A DNA stretch of 64,000 nt from an uncultured Nitrospinota bacterium (lineage in GTDB: Bacteria; Tectomicrobia; Entotheonellia; J063; CAVPRW01). This document shows positions 22,422-33,640 of this stretch, piece by piece (position 1 is the stretch's first letter; each line of letters begins with the position of its first letter). The notes beneath the pieces were generated by a model, which was given only the letters and a program-made list of their open reading frames with translations, ran no database searches and was not told the origin of the DNA. Both the position numbers and the translations under genes were made by a program. The stretch spans positions 64,001 through 128,000 of the forward strand of contig CAVPRW010000024.1 in NCBI GenBank assembly GCA_963707985.1, written 5' to 3'.

Positions 22422-23864
22422 TTACCCGCCTGACGAGACCCGATCGGCAGAGCTGGCGATCCATTCTAGGGCATGGCGGAGACGGCTGAGGACCCGTTCC
22501 CGTCCTAAAATCGCCATCACTTCGTGAATGCCGGGGCTTACTGTGCCCCCGGTGAGGGCAACTCGCGCTGGCTGAGCAATATCGCCGAGCTTCAATCCAG
22601 ACTCCGCCAGCAATTGCTGAAAGACCCGCTCGATCGAAGCTTCATCGAAGGTGGGCAGATCTTCCAGAGCCTTGACCAACCGCGCGAGCAGCGCTGCGCT
22701 CTCAGCCGTGAAAAATTTCGCCGCGGCTTTACCGTCGTAGACGATGTCATCGGTGAAGTAGAACCGCAGCCATTGGGTCATCTCGACCAAAGTTTTGCTG
22801 CGTTCGCGCACCGAGTCCAGCGCTCTGGCAAGATACGCGCGGTCGACGTCATCCAACGATTTCACGATCCCCTCTCGTATCATATGCGGGAGTAACTCGT
22901 CCATAAGACGTTCAGACGGCAGCGTGCGGAGATAATGTGCGTTTAGCCAGAGCAATTTGTCAGGGTTAAAAATCGCCGCCGCCTTATTGAGCTCGGCCAA
23001 GGAGAATTGCGCAATCAGTTCCTCCTTAGTGAAAATCTCCTGATCACCATGCGCCCAGCCCAGGCGCGCCAGATAATTGAGCAATGCCTCTGGCAGGTAT
23101 CCCATGTCTCGATAGGCCAGGACCGAGGTCGCCCCGTGGCGCTTACTGAGGCGCCCCTTATCTGCGCCCAGGATCATGGAGACATGGCCAAACTCTGGCA
23201 ACGGATAATCCAGGGCCTGGTAGATGAGGATCTGACGGGGTGTATTGGGAATGTGATCGTCGCCACGGATGACATGCGTGATGCGCATGGTGACGTCGTC
23301 GACGACCACTGCGAAATTGTAGGTCGGCGTCTCATCCGAGCGCAGGATGATCAAGTCATCCAACTCACTATTCTCAAAGGTCAATTCACCATGAATGAGG
23401 TCGACGAAACGCGTCTGCCCCTCCAACGGCGCCTTCAGGCGGATCGCCGCTTTACGATCAGCCGGAGGGTGTTGCAACTCTCGGCAGCGACGGTCATATC
23501 GCGGCGATTCCCCCCGCCGCAGCGCCTCGTCGCGTCGCTCCCGTAATTCCTGCGGCGAACAGTAGCAATAATAGGCTTTAGCCGCTTCGACCAAGCGATG
23601 GGCATGGGCTTGATAAATCTCCAGACGCTCCGTCTGCCGATAGGGCCCTTCGTCCCAATCTATCCCCAACCACGTCAAGCTCTCGATGATAACTTGGATC
23701 GACTCTTCAGTCGAGCGTGTGCGATCGGTGTCCTCTATGCGCAACACAAAAACCCCGCCGCAATGGCGGGCATACAACCAGTTGAAGAGTGCGGTCCGTA
23801 CTCCCCCGATATGGAGGTGCCCGGTAGGACTAGGCGGAAACCGCACACGAACCGTCTGTATCAT
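22422..23864 (-). CDS. gltX: Glutamate--tRNA ligase
   Basis: RFPPSPTGHLHIGG (HIGH), LRIEDTD, YYCYCS, HVIRGDDH, RLSKR. Confidence 0.96.
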   Translation of the reverse strand: MIQTVRVRFPPSPTGHLHIGGVRTALFNWLYARHCGGVFVLRIEDTDRTRSTEESIQVIIESLTWLGIDWDEGPYRQTERLEIYQAHAHRLVEAAKAYYCYCSPQELRERRDEALRRGESPRYDRRCRELQHPPADRKAAIRLKAPLEGQTRFVDLIHGELTFENSELDDLIILRSDETPTYNFAVVVDDVTMRITHVIRGDDHIPNTPRQILIYQALDYPLPEFGHVSMILGADKGRLSKRHGATSVLAYRDMGYLPEALLNYLARLGWAHGDQEIFTKEELIAQFSLAELNKAAAIFNPDKLLWLNAHYLRTLPSERLMDELLPHMIREGIVKSLDDVDRAYLARALDSVRERSKTLVEMTQWLRFYFTDDIVYDGKAAAKFFTAESAALLARLVKALEDLPTFDEASIERVFQQLLAESGLKLGDIAQPARVALTGGTVSPGIHEVMAILGRERVLSRLRHALEWIASSADRVSSGG

Positions 23865-23887
23865 AGTACTCCCTTTCGTCAAGCCGA

Positions 23888-25102
23888 TCACCGGCCTGCC
23901 CCATCCCAGTATGGGGGGGTGGCGTGCAGGAGGTCAGCATACTTCAGGCCGCTGCCGGTATTGAACAACACCACCCGTTCATGGGCCTGAATCCATCCTT
24001 GTTGGCAGAGGCTCTGCAATGCGGCAACCGTGGCCGCCCCCTCGGGGCAGGCAAAGACGCCCTCGCTGGCAGCTAACTGGCGCTGTGCCTGCGCCATCTG
24101 CTCGTCCGAAACCGCCACCGCCGTTCCTTCACTGTCCCGTACCGCCTGCAGAATCAAAAAGTCAGCGAACGCCTTCGGCACACGTAAGCCAGACGCCAAG
24201 GTCTGGGCGTTCGGCCATAGCGGCGCCTCACTGGCACCTTCAGCGAAGGCCTTGACGATGGGAGCACAGCCCTCCGCCTGCACGACCACCATGCGCGGCC
24301 GGTGATCATCGATCCAGCCTAATGCGTGCAGCTCGGCAAAGGCCTTCCACATGCCGATCAGCCCGGTGCCACCCCCGGTTGGATAGAGAATGACATCAGG
24401 AAGATGCCAATCAAACGCTTCGGCCAGCTCAAGCCCCATGGTCTTTTTGCCTTCCAGACGATATGGCTCTTTCAAGGTCGACATATCAAACCAACCATGT
24501 TCGGCTTGGCCTTCCTGCACGATGCGGCCAGCATCATTGATCAAGCCTTTGATGACATAGACATGAGCCCCAAGGATTATGCACTCCTGCAGGATCATCG
24601 GTGGGGTGTCATCAGGTGCGAAGACATATGAATCGAGTCCCGCCGCCGCCGCGTATGCGGCCATGGCACTGCCGGCATTGCCGGCCGTTGGGATGGCCAG
24701 TTTGCGCAAGCCAAGCTCTTTAGCCTTGGAGACTGCCATGGCCAGGCCGCGCGCCTTGAACGTCCCAGTGGGATTGTAGCCTTCTTCCTTCAAGTAGAGA
24801 TGTCGAAGACCAAGCTCCGATCCGAGCCGGCGGAGAGGTAACAGCGGTGTGCCCCCTTCTCCAAGGGTAATGATGTTGGCCGCATCCAGCACCGGCAAGA
24901 GTTCGCGGTAGCGCCACAGGCCAGGCGGCCGTCGGGTGCAGTCGCTACGGCGCACATAGCGCTTGATCGATGCCAGATCATAACGCGCCAGCAACGGCCG
25001 GCCGCAGGCACAAACGTTCGTTGGCTGCCGCCCTGAGTAGCGCTGCCCGCAGACAGGACATTCGAGGTGCGAAAAATAGCTCTGATGTGTGTCAGCAGCC
25101 AT
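23888..25102 (-). CDS. thrC: Threonine synthase-like PLP enzyme (paralog 2)
   Basis: NPTGTFKARG, PTAGNAG, KEPYRLEGKKTMG, YPTGGGTG, FNTGSGLKY. Confidence 0.85.
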   Translation of the reverse strand: MAADTHQSYFSHLECPVCGQRYSGRQPTNVCACGRPLLARYDLASIKRYVRRSDCTRRPPGLWRYRELLPVLDAANIITLGEGGTPLLPLRRLGSELGLRHLYLKEEGYNPTGTFKARGLAMAVSKAKELGLRKLAIPTAGNAGSAMAAYAAAAGLDSYVFAPDDTPPMILQECIILGAHVYVIKGLINDAGRIVQEGQAEHGWFDMSTLKEPYRLEGKKTMGLELAEAFDWHLPDVILYPTGGGTGLIGMWKAFAELHALGWIDDHRPRMVVVQAEGCAPIVKAFAEGASEAPLWPNAQTLASGLRVPKAFADFLILQAVRDSEGTAVAVSDEQMAQAQRQLAASEGVFACPEGAATVAALQSLCQQGWIQAHERVVLFNTGSGLKYADLLHATPPYWDGAGR

Positions 25103-25108
25103 AGGTCC

Positions 25109-25306
25109 TCACATCATCCGCTCCGCGTCCGGTCTTCCAATGTCCTCATGACGAGCAGAGGGGAGAGAAGTTTTGGGGAGATTACGTCGTGCATAGCGCA
25201 GCCAACTCCACCCGTCCAGATCACTGTTGACTTCTGCCTTGGTCAAGTGGTGTACCAGCGCCTGACCGATACCCCCAAGCGCCAGATACGCTAGGAGTGC
25301 TGTCAT
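25109..25306 (-). CDS. Small hypothetical protein
   Basis: 65-aa ORF ending just before the RBS of the thrC paralog; no recognisable motif. Confidence 0.3.
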   Translation of the reverse strand: MTALLAYLALGGIGQALVHHLTKAEVNSDLDGWSWLRYARRNLPKTSLPSARHEDIGRPDAERMM

Positions 25307-25736
25307 GATGGGATCGCTACTACTCGTGGTGCTGTGCGGTTGAGACAGAACCTGTTATGGTCCCTGAGGAGCATACGCCTGCATCCCAACGATTGGAGAC
25401 GAATCCTCCCGGCAGGTGAACGCCTACACGGCAAATCGAGGGACACCGAAGTCACCCATACAGCGCCCCAGCAACCGAACCTGACTAGCCAATGCCGAAG
25501 TGTGATACCGACCGCTTTGACCAACCGTGGCACGCGCCAAGGCGGCAGGCAGCGTGTCACCGCCGCTGTCAAGATCTCCAGCATTGCCGATAGGAAAAGC
25601 CCCTCGACCCTACGTATACATCGCCTTCCTATTGTTTCCCTTGCCCCATGCTACGGTCTACCTAGAAGGAACGCAAGTCCAACCATGCTGGGCGTCGACC
25701 GGCAAGTCATGGCGAGTTGCAAGGATCGGGATGCCG

Positions 25737-26102
25737 TTAAGTTTTGGATTCTGTAGATGAGACCTTTTCAGTGGTTGTACTTGCGGTGCTGGTCGCGGTG
25801 GATTTGCTCTCACCGGTGGATTTGCTCTCACCGGTGGATTTGCTCTCACCGGTGGATTTGCTCTCCCCGGTGGATTTGCTCTCACTGCTACTTTTTTCTT
25901 GCGACATCGCCTTTTTACGTGACTCCGAAGGATAATCAGTCACGTACCAGCCGTCTCCCTTGAGCACAAACGACGTCTGGGAAATGAGTCGGCGTACATG
26001 TCCCCCGCATTTTTCGCAGGTTGCCAGGAGAGGTTCTGTCATGCGCTGCATCACTTCGAACCGACGATTGCAATTTTCACACTGATACTCGTAGATTGGC
26101 AT
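25737..26102 (-). CDS. FmdB-family zinc-ribbon protein with repetitive Ser/Thr/Lys/Glu tail
   Basis: [11 protein letters not shown]...CEKCGG...[13 protein letters not shown]. Confidence 0.9.
   Translation of the reverse strand: MPIYEYQCENCNRRFEVMQRMTEPLLATCEKCGGHVRRLISQTSFVLKGDGWYVTDYPSESRKKAMSQEKSSSESKSTGESKSTGESKSTGESKSTGESKSTATSTASTTTEKVSSTESKT
25797..25885. repeat. 18-bp coding tandem repeat x5 (ESKSTG)
   Basis: ggtggatttgctctc(a/c)cc repeated head-to-tail without spacers. Confidence 0.95.
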
Positions 26103-26228
26103 ATCCCTCGCTCAACCTCCCGTGTCTCCGGACAAGTATTCGGAGGATTCTCTAGGATCGACTCATGTCCACTTGCGATCGTTGAATGGGCAGCCTATAT
26201 CAGGCTACTCATGACCACTTGACGAACT

Positions 26229-27170
26229 CTACAAATAGGTCAACCACTCCTTGAAACGTTCATCCTTGCCATGGACGATGTCGAAAAATTGGCGCTGCAG
26301 CCGCTTCGTCAGAGGCCCCGGTTTGCCAGTGCCGATGGCACGCTTATCGACTTCACGGACCGGGGTGATCTCGGCGGCCGTGCCCGTGAAAAACATCTCG
26401 TCCGCAATATAGAGCTCGTCCCGAGAGAGGGGTTCCTCGCGTAGGGGGATCCCTTCGAGACGCGCGAGCTCAATGACCGAGGCGCGCGTGATGCCCTCCA
26501 GGATTGACATCGAGGGCGGGGTCTTCAGCATGCCGTGACGAACCATGAAGACGTTTTCCCCAGAGCCTTCAGCCACATAGCCCGTGGGGTCAAGCAACAA
26601 GGCCTCGTCGTAACCGGTCTGCACGGCTTCGACCTTGGCTAACTGTGAGTTGGCGTAATTGCCCACGACCTTGGCCTTGGTCATCATAATGTTGGGATGG
26701 TGACGCGTGAATGAAGAGATCCGCACTCGAATCCCCGAGGCCAGACCTTCTTCGCCCAGGTATGCCCCCCAGGGCCAGGCAGCGATGGCGACGCGAATGG
26801 GGATCCCTAGCGGATTAAGCCCCAACTTGCCATAGCCGACATAGACCAGAGGCCGGATGTAACACTCCTCCAGAGCGTTTTCGTGCACCGTCTGTTTGAT
26901 AGCCGAGATGATTTGCTCTTCGGTGAAGGGGAGCTGCATGCCGATGATTTGTACCCCATCCAAGAGGCGGCTCACATGTTCCGCTAGGCGAAAGATCGCT
27001 GGTCCTCGAGGGGTTTTATAGCAGCGAATCCCCTCAAAAAGCCCCAGGCCATAGTGCAAGGTATGGGTTAGGATGTGGACGCGAGCCTCTCCCCAGTCAA
27101 CCATGGTTCCGTCCATCCAAATACGCGTGCCGGGGATGCCATCCATCCATACCTCGTTTCCCATCGTCAT
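26229..27170 (-). CDS. ilvE: Branched-chain amino acid aminotransferase
   Basis: [42 protein letters not shown]. Confidence 0.95.
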   Translation of the reverse strand: MTMGNEVWMDGIPGTRIWMDGTMVDWGEARVHILTHTLHYGLGLFEGIRCYKTPRGPAIFRLAEHVSRLLDGVQIIGMQLPFTEEQIISAIKQTVHENALEECYIRPLVYVGYGKLGLNPLGIPIRVAIAAWPWGAYLGEEGLASGIRVRISSFTRHHPNIMMTKAKVVGNYANSQLAKVEAVQTGYDEALLLDPTGYVAEGSGENVFMVRHGMLKTPPSMSILEGITRASVIELARLEGIPLREEPLSRDELYIADEMFFTGTAAEITPVREVDKRAIGTGKPGPLTKRLQRQFFDIVHGKDERFKEWLTYL

Positions 27171-27458
27171 GAGCTCGCTCCTCTCTCAAGCTAGCGCTCA
27201 GCGTAGCAATTGAAACTTATAAAGTAGGCTACCATAGGAACGGCAACCGGTGCAAGGAGAAAGTCCCGCTACGGGTATGATGCTGCGGGGGTGAAGCAGT
27301 TGCGGGAGAGATGGCGAGCGGAAATCCAAGTACCTCGTCGACACGCAACTCGCCCATGTACATTTTGACAAATACTAGAGATTATCACTCATGGATCCCT
27401 CAAATTTTGAGCGGTTTCAAACATTGTGGCAGGGTTTCAGTCGTAAAGGAGGTGCACC

Positions 27459-27505
27459 ATGACTGCGACCCTGACCAATCGCAGTGAACGCGTCGATGAC
27501 ACAGC
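27459..27505 (+). pseudogene. Possible tiny N-terminal relic of an IS1634-like transposase
   Basis: Strong RBS (AAGGAGG) followed by MTATLTNRSERVDD, resembling the ..ERVDDIP.. start of such transposases; similarity is lost after that. Confidence 0.3.
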
Positions 27506-27789
27506 AATTCCCGCTAATAGCTTTGCAGCCTCTGCGCGTGATGTCGACAGAGCGATCAGTAGCGGATTGATCTTCCATAGTGGTCTCACGCCGGTCAACA
27601 CGTGATCTGGGCCTACGGAGACCACAACGATGAGGGATCGTCGGGTTCGCCAACCGACATGTCAGGGCGACAAACAGGGGTTACGAGGAATCCAAGGTCA
27701 AAAGAGGGCGAGGCTTCTCCACGCCGGAACAGAGGGCTTCGAACAATGCACGCACGGAATCCAGGCGGTCGTCATAGAACAATGATCGC

Positions 27790-28050
27790 CTGCGTTCCCA
27801 CAAGAGGTGGCCAAAACAGTACCGTTTAAGGCCGGAAGCATAACGGTGTATGACGGCTTTATCCCTCCCCTTGAGGACATAGCCGTGCCTGTATAACCAC
27901 CGACCAAACTGCTCGCCGGCGCGCGGATAGAGCCGCATGTTACTTGGGACACACCCTTGGTGGGAGAAGAAGGCCGCGAGGTCGTCCAGATACAACCCCA
28001 GTGGACCACACCGTAACCGGGCAATCACGCGTGTTTATCCATAGACGTGA
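27790..28050 (-). pseudogene. N-terminal fragment of a RIT-type/phage integrase
   Basis: IARLRCGPLGLYLDDLA...RAGEQFGRWL resembles the N-terminus of RIT integrases; no catalytic domain follows. Confidence 0.5.
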
Positions 28051-28252
28051 TCGACCATGGGCTCCTCTTTTTCCGCAATAGTTGACTGGAAAAAGAGGAG
28101 GATCCCATGTCTGGATCATGCCGAGTAGGGTGGACGGGAACGTATTAACTCGACTGTGTGAGGGATGAACTCGGCATGGTCCGGGATTCGGGAGGATTGT
28201 CGTCACGCGGAGCTCGGCATGACGGTGCTTACGCCTAGAGCCCCTGATAGCC

Positions 28253-28738
28253 TTATAACCGCTTCTGCAGGAACCAGTTCCGCACCGTGACGAGTTCACT
28301 GGACGTGTCCCCGAAGCCAAACCTTTGGTAGAGTCGTTGGGCGCCGTGGTTATCTTCTCGAACCTCCAGCGTCAGCTTGCAACACCCCAGCTCCCGGCCT
28401 TTGGCCTCGACTCCTTCGAGGAGGAGGCGCCCGATGCCTTGGCCCCGATACTCAGAGATGACAGCGAGATCATGAATATTCATCAGGGGACGTGCCGCGA
28501 AGGTTGAAAAACCCACAAAGCAGACGGCGATGCCGACAGGTATCGCATCATCGAACGCGAGCAGCACCAACGCTGTCGGATGCTGTCGAAGCCCTGGGAT
28601 CAGCCGATCACGAACCGCCGTGGGGAGATCTTGGCCGTCGCCCATGGGATCACGGGCATAGGCATTGACGAGCTGTAAGATGGCCGTCTGATGGTGGTAA
28701 TCGTTCAGGTCCGCTTCGATGATCGTAACCCCAGACAT
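28253..28738 (-). CDS. GNAT-family N-acetyltransferase
   Basis: NIHDLAVISEYRGQGIGRLLL, KLTLEVREDN..AQRLYQRFGF. Confidence 0.9.
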   Translation of the reverse strand: MSGVTIIEADLNDYHHQTAILQLVNAYARDPMGDGQDLPTAVRDRLIPGLRQHPTALVLLAFDDAIPVGIAVCFVGFSTFAARPLMNIHDLAVISEYRGQGIGRLLLEGVEAKGRELGCCKLTLEVREDNHGAQRLYQRFGFGDTSSELVTVRNWFLQKRL

Positions 28739-28791
28739 ATCAGAACACCCTCATGGCCATCATCGGTGCCCGTCTATTGAAGCGTGCTGGC

Positions 28792-30546
28792 TCATTCGGC
28801 TTCTTGTGCGTCCATGGCTATGGATTCGGCGCTCGGGGGTGGTACCTCAAACACCGGGCGTTTCCGGAACCGAAAGTCGCCCGCCAGGGCCTTCTGCACG
28901 AGCTTATCGCGATCGTAGAGGTCATGACCGAAATTGACCCGCCCGTCAGGCCCAATCCAGGCAGTCCAATAGAGCAGTACTATAGGGACGGGGTTGTGCA
29001 GGAGGACGGTTCGGGTCTTACCCGACTCGACGACCCTGTCGATGGCCTTGCGGTTCCATTGCGCTTCGTCGTCCAGCAGCAAGCGGGCAAGATCCAGTGC
29101 GTTCTCGACCCGAATGCAGCCGGAGCTGAAGGCGCGTTCGGTGCGGTCGAACAGTTTCTGATTGGGCGTGTCATGCAGATAAACGGCGTGGTCATTGGGG
29201 AAAATGAATTTGACCCGCCCGAGGGCATTTCGCGGCCCGGGATCCTGCCGTAACGAGTAAGGTGAATAGCTGGCGGAGTAGCGCGACCAATCGATCTGCC
29301 AGGGCTCGACCGCTCTCCCGGCACGATCGATGACCTTCAGCCCTTTGCGCTGGACATAGGCAGGGTCCTGTTTCAGAAATGGGAGATAGTCCTGAGCCAG
29401 AATCGTCGGAGGTACTGTCCAGGTAGGATTGAACACCAGGTAGGTCATCTCGGCCTTGAAGCTCGGTGTCTGGCGGAGGGGTCGTCCCACCTGGGCGCGC
29501 CCTTGCCACACCATCTGACCCTCCTTGACATAGTAGGAATGATACCCAGCGACGTTCACCACGATAAAGGTGCTTTCAAGATTGTGCAGCATCCAGCGTC
29601 CCCGTTCCAGGTTCACGCGTAATTGTTGGATGCGCTCTTCGACTGGCACGTTCAGGGCCGCCACAGTTTCACGGCCAAGGCCGCCATCGGAGGCAAGCCC
29701 ATGGCGCCCTTGGAAAGCTTTCAAGGCCTCGACTAGGGTGCCGTCAAACGTCTGCGCGAGGTCGCCGGACCGTGGCGCGAGGTCGCCGGTAAGGCGTAAC
29801 CGTCGACGCAGCAGCGGGATACGCTCGTCATGCATCCCCGGCTTCAGGGATGGCCCCGACGGAATCTGTGGCCATCCCCCTGCCGCCTTAATGGTGCGAT
29901 ACCTTGCCAATGCCGCCTTCAGTTGGGTGTAAAACGCATGTCTGGGTTTCTCGCGATCGATGGCCTGATAGAGCGATTCGGAGTCGAGTGCCAGCTGGAT
30001 GGTGACGGCAGGGTCCGAGCCAGTGATTTCTCTCGACATATTCCAGCTTGGGTCCAACCGCTCGGGGTCGACCTTGCCAAACATCAGATGATAACTCAGG
30101 CGAACCAGGGCATCGGTGAGTAGAATGTCGAAGTCGGCCAGCATGGCAGGCATAGGCGTCGGACTCGCCTCCAACTCTCGCCGGAGCCACTCAAGTGCAG
30201 CGAGATGATAATCCCGTGGGTCGAGACCATCCGCCTCACTTTCTCTGATGGCACGAAACAAGTCCTCGATCGAGGTTTGCTTCAGCCAGGCGAGCTTGAA
30301 CTCCCGTCGCTCATAGAAGTCCGGCAGCACGATGTTCGAGGCGACAGACGCGTCACCGATCTTCAAGCTCTTGAAAAGTCTCTGCTGCTCGACCTTTTCT
30401 CGGATGAGCGCCTGGGTGTGATCGATCTCTGCCGCGGCAATGCTCAATCCAAGCACCAGGAGCGCTACGACGCCGCCGAGGAGGCAGAGAGGACGAGCTA
30501 GACAGAAGCCATGATGTTCCTGGTTGCGTGGTAGGTGGACCAACAT
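28792..30546 (-). CDS. ldtD: L,D-transpeptidase, YcbB/LdtD-like
   Basis: Scaffold and PG-binding domains (ALKAFQGRHGLASDG), NPTWTVP, NALGRVKFIFPN, YLHDTP...FSSGCIRV. Confidence 0.88.
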   Translation of the reverse strand: MLVHLPRNQEHHGFCLARPLCLLGGVVALLVLGLSIAAAEIDHTQALIREKVEQQRLFKSLKIGDASVASNIVLPDFYERREFKLAWLKQTSIEDLFRAIRESEADGLDPRDYHLAALEWLRRELEASPTPMPAMLADFDILLTDALVRLSYHLMFGKVDPERLDPSWNMSREITGSDPAVTIQLALDSESLYQAIDREKPRHAFYTQLKAALARYRTIKAAGGWPQIPSGPSLKPGMHDERIPLLRRRLRLTGDLAPRSGDLAQTFDGTLVEALKAFQGRHGLASDGGLGRETVAALNVPVEERIQQLRVNLERGRWMLHNLESTFIVVNVAGYHSYYVKEGQMVWQGRAQVGRPLRQTPSFKAEMTYLVFNPTWTVPPTILAQDYLPFLKQDPAYVQRKGLKVIDRAGRAVEPWQIDWSRYSASYSPYSLRQDPGPRNALGRVKFIFPNDHAVYLHDTPNQKLFDRTERAFSSGCIRVENALDLARLLLDDEAQWNRKAIDRVVESGKTRTVLLHNPVPIVLLYWTAWIGPDGRVNFGHDLYDRDKLVQKALAGDFRFRKRPVFEVPPPSAESIAMDAQEAE

Positions 30547-30630
30547 GCGGACCTCGATGCTGACTTATCTGCATATCATTAGTATGACGATATTTTTACG
30601 ATACCGTACTATATCATAACACGTCCGGCT

Positions 30631-31239
30631 TTATTGCGGCATGACCAACGGCGAGGTTTCCCCCCACACGCCCTGGAACACAAAGCTCTCAATCGGTCTG
30701 CGGACCCGTGGGGCCAATTCACGCTGTTGGAGCTCCTCGGGTAAGATGGTGGGGTCCCCGAGGTACCCGAGCACGATCCCTGCCACGGGTTCAAAGCCAT
30801 CGGGAACGCCATAGAGCTCGCACACTCGGTCCGGATAGAACCCGGCCATCTGATGCACATAGAGCCCGAGGGCAGTCGCTTGGGTGATCAGATTGGCAAC
30901 CGCCAGGCCGACGTCATGGAAGGCGTGGCGATTGGGTTGACCGTTGGCATCGAACGTGAGCTTGGCCACCGAGACCATGAGGACCGGCGCGTGAGAGGCC
31001 CACTGCTGATTATTTTCACGCAGGCAGCTCAGAAGGCGTGTGTGCTCGGCTGCATGTTCCTTGGTCGCGACAACGAAGTACCAGGGCTGTTGATTAGCCG
31101 TCGAAGCCGCCCACCGAGCTGCCTCCCAGAGACTCAGGAGCTTCTCGGGTTCGACCGTGCGATCAGCGAAGGCGCGCGGACTCCAACGTCGTTTCAACAC
31201 CTCTTCGATCGGATAAGTCGTCTCCGCCGGTTTGTCCAT
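30631..31239 (-). CDS. Nitroreductase family protein
   Basis: RRWSPRAF, AARWAASTANQQPW, HDVGLA, HQMAGF; ATG 31239 follows AAGGAG. Confidence 0.9.
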   Translation of the reverse strand: MDKPAETTYPIEEVLKRRWSPRAFADRTVEPEKLLSLWEAARWAASTANQQPWYFVVATKEHAAEHTRLLSCLRENNQQWASHAPVLMVSVAKLTFDANGQPNRHAFHDVGLAVANLITQATALGLYVHQMAGFYPDRVCELYGVPDGFEPVAGIVLGYLGDPTILPEELQQRELAPRVRRPIESFVFQGVWGETSPLVMPQ

Positions 31240-31358
31240 CGTGAGCACTCCTTGTGATGTGTTTCCCATTGAGAGCGATGTGCACCCTTGAGCCCAGAGC
31301 TTCGGTAATCTCTGCTCCACATGCGAGAAGTATAGGCTCCATCTCGGCTTGAGGAGTC

Positions 31359-33371
31359 TTAGGTGCCGCCGAGTAGCTTCAATGCTCGGGCCACTATATG
31401 AGGGGTGTTGAATCCAAGTTTGTCCATCACCACCGCAGCAGGGGCCGAGGCACCAAACCGCGTCAGGCCGATGATGTCACCGTGGGGCCCAACGTAGTCG
31501 CGCCATCCTTGTGGCACCCCAGCCTCGATCGCCAGGCGTTTGCGCACTGCTGGTGGCAACACCGCGTCTCGATACGTTACTGGTTGCTGCTCAAAGAGCT
31601 CCCAGCTTGGCATGCTCACCACACGCGCCCTGACGCCGTGCTGGGCCAACTGCTGACGGGCTTCCACGGCCAGGGATACCTCTGACCCGCTGGCGATCAG
31701 GATGATGTCTGGTGTCTCCCCCTCGGCTTCGATCAGGATGTACGCCCCCCGCTCTAGGCCGTCAGCGGCAGCCATCTGGGAGCGGTCGAAGATCGGCAGA
31801 TTTTGCCGCGTGAGGACCAAGGCAACCGGACCATGTCGCTGGGTAAGGGCTATGCGCCAAGCCACCGTGGTTTCGTTGGCATCGGCCGGACGGATGACGG
31901 TGAGCTGAGGGATGGCGCGTAACGCGGCGAGATGCTCGATGGGTTGATGCGTCGGGCCGTCTTCTCCAAGAGCGATGCTGTCATGGGTGAAGATATAGAT
32001 CACCGGCAACTCCGATAGCGCCGCCAGACGAATGGCCGGCCGCATATAGTCGGAGAAGATCAAGAACGTTGCCCCGTAAGGGATCACGCCGCCGTGGTAG
32101 GCGAGGCCATTGAGGATGGCGCCCATACCGTGTTCGCGCACGCCGAAGTAGATGTTCCGACCAGCGCGATTTTGCGCGCTAAACTCGCCAGCCCCACGCA
32201 AGAGTGTGTTGTTCGAGGTCGCCAGGTCGGCCGAGCCCCCCATGAGGTTTGAAATCGCCGGGGCCACAGCATTGAGTGCACGTCCTGAAGCGACGCGCGT
32301 TGCCATCGTCCCATCCTCAGTCTTAAAGGTCGGCAAGCTCGTATCCCATCCCGGTGGCAATTCACGTCGCAGCGCGCGCTGCCAGTCAGTCGCCAGATCA
32401 GGATGGGCGGCAGCGTGTGCCGCAAAGCGCGATTGCCACTCCGTTTCCCAATTTTGGCCCCGTTCCACGGCTGTACGGAAATGAGCCAATGCCTCTTGGG
32501 GTAGGTCAAACGTGGGCTTTTGAGGCCAGCTAAAAAACTCCTTGGTGCGCTTCACCTCCTCCGAGCCGAGGGGCGCGCCATGGGCCTCCGCCGTATCCTG
32601 CTTGCCAGGGCTCCCATAGGCAATGTGGGTCGGTACGATGATCAGCGATGGCTTCGTGCGCTCAGCCTGGGCCGCTCTGAGGGCGGCGTCGATGGCCGGT
32701 ACATCATTGCCGTCAGCGATCTTCTGCACATGCCAGCCGTAGGCGTCGAAGCGTCTGTCTACTTGTTCGGTGAAGGTGAGATCAGTGGAGCCATCAATGG
32801 AGATATCGTTGTCATCATAGAAATAGATCAGCTTGCCAAGCTGTAAATGTCCGGCAAGTGACGCCGCCTCCGAGGCTACGCCCTCCATCAGGTCGCCATC
32901 GCTAACAATGGCATAGGTATAGTGATCGACGATCGTATGGCCCGGTCGATTGAAGCGCTCGGCCAGGAAGGCTTCGGCGATAGCCATACCCACGCCATTG
33001 GCAAATCCTTGCCCTAACGGGCCCGTGGTGGTCTCTACACCCGGCGTCATGCCATATTCAGGATGCCCCGGCGTGCGACTGCCCCACTGGCGAAATTGCT
33101 TCAGCTGGTCCAATGGCAGGTCGTATCCCGTGAGATGCAGGAGACTATACAGCAGCATGGAACCATGCCCGGCCGACAGCACAAAGCGATCCCGATCCGG
33201 CCACTGTGGGTTGGTCGGATTATGCTTTAGGAAGCGTGTCCACAACACATACGCCAATGTGGCCGTGCCCATCGGCATGCCGGGATGGCCAGATTGGGCC
33301 TTTTCCACCGCATCCACCGCCAGCATGCGGATGGTATTGATGGACAACTGATCGAGTGTCCTCTGATCCAC
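31359..33371 (-). CDS. tkt: Transketolase
   Basis: [50 protein letters not shown]. Confidence 0.97.
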   Translation of the reverse strand: MDQRTLDQLSINTIRMLAVDAVEKAQSGHPGMPMGTATLAYVLWTRFLKHNPTNPQWPDRDRFVLSAGHGSMLLYSLLHLTGYDLPLDQLKQFRQWGSRTPGHPEYGMTPGVETTTGPLGQGFANGVGMAIAEAFLAERFNRPGHTIVDHYTYAIVSDGDLMEGVASEAASLAGHLQLGKLIYFYDDNDISIDGSTDLTFTEQVDRRFDAYGWHVQKIADGNDVPAIDAALRAAQAERTKPSLIIVPTHIAYGSPGKQDTAEAHGAPLGSEEVKRTKEFFSWPQKPTFDLPQEALAHFRTAVERGQNWETEWQSRFAAHAAAHPDLATDWQRALRRELPPGWDTSLPTFKTEDGTMATRVASGRALNAVAPAISNLMGGSADLATSNNTLLRGAGEFSAQNRAGRNIYFGVREHGMGAILNGLAYHGGVIPYGATFLIFSDYMRPAIRLAALSELPVIYIFTHDSIALGEDGPTHQPIEHLAALRAIPQLTVIRPADANETTVAWRIALTQRHGPVALVLTRQNLPIFDRSQMAAADGLERGAYILIEAEGETPDIILIASGSEVSLAVEARQQLAQHGVRARVVSMPSWELFEQQPVTYRDAVLPPAVRKRLAIEAGVPQGWRDYVGPHGDIIGLTRFGASAPAAVVMDKLGFNTPHIVARALKLLGGT

Positions 33372-33640
33372 TGCAACCTGCCCTCCCTTGCACCGGTCTG
33401 ATCTGAGTTAAGCCCAGGCGGCGAGGCAGCCACATTGAAGCTTGGCATGCTCGTGGCGCCCAGTCTCCCGCGAGCACGTGGTTGCCAATATACGCACCTT
33501 TCCAGGCAGAGGCAAATGCCGCGTGTGATTTCAAAGACATACTACCGCCTACCAGGGAGGGCTGGAAGACCAGCACTCCCCATACAGATGGTGTTGGCAG
33601 GTTGCGAAGGATACGGGAGACCCCGTATAATGGCGGAGCT

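Noticed and set aside
25310..25730. Riboswitch or ncRNA upstream of the thrC paralog
   Set aside because: No recognisable aptamer, T-box or leader motif by eye; a covariance-model search would be needed.
25797..25885. 18-bp repeats as a CRISPR array or iterons
   Set aside because: Head-to-tail, in-frame coding repeat with no spacers.
33443..33457. sigma54-like TGGCATGCTCGTGGC upstream of the ABC-F gene
   Set aside because: Weak -12 element and no activator box seen; a chance match is plausible. The similar motif near 18808 points into a convergent intergenic gap.
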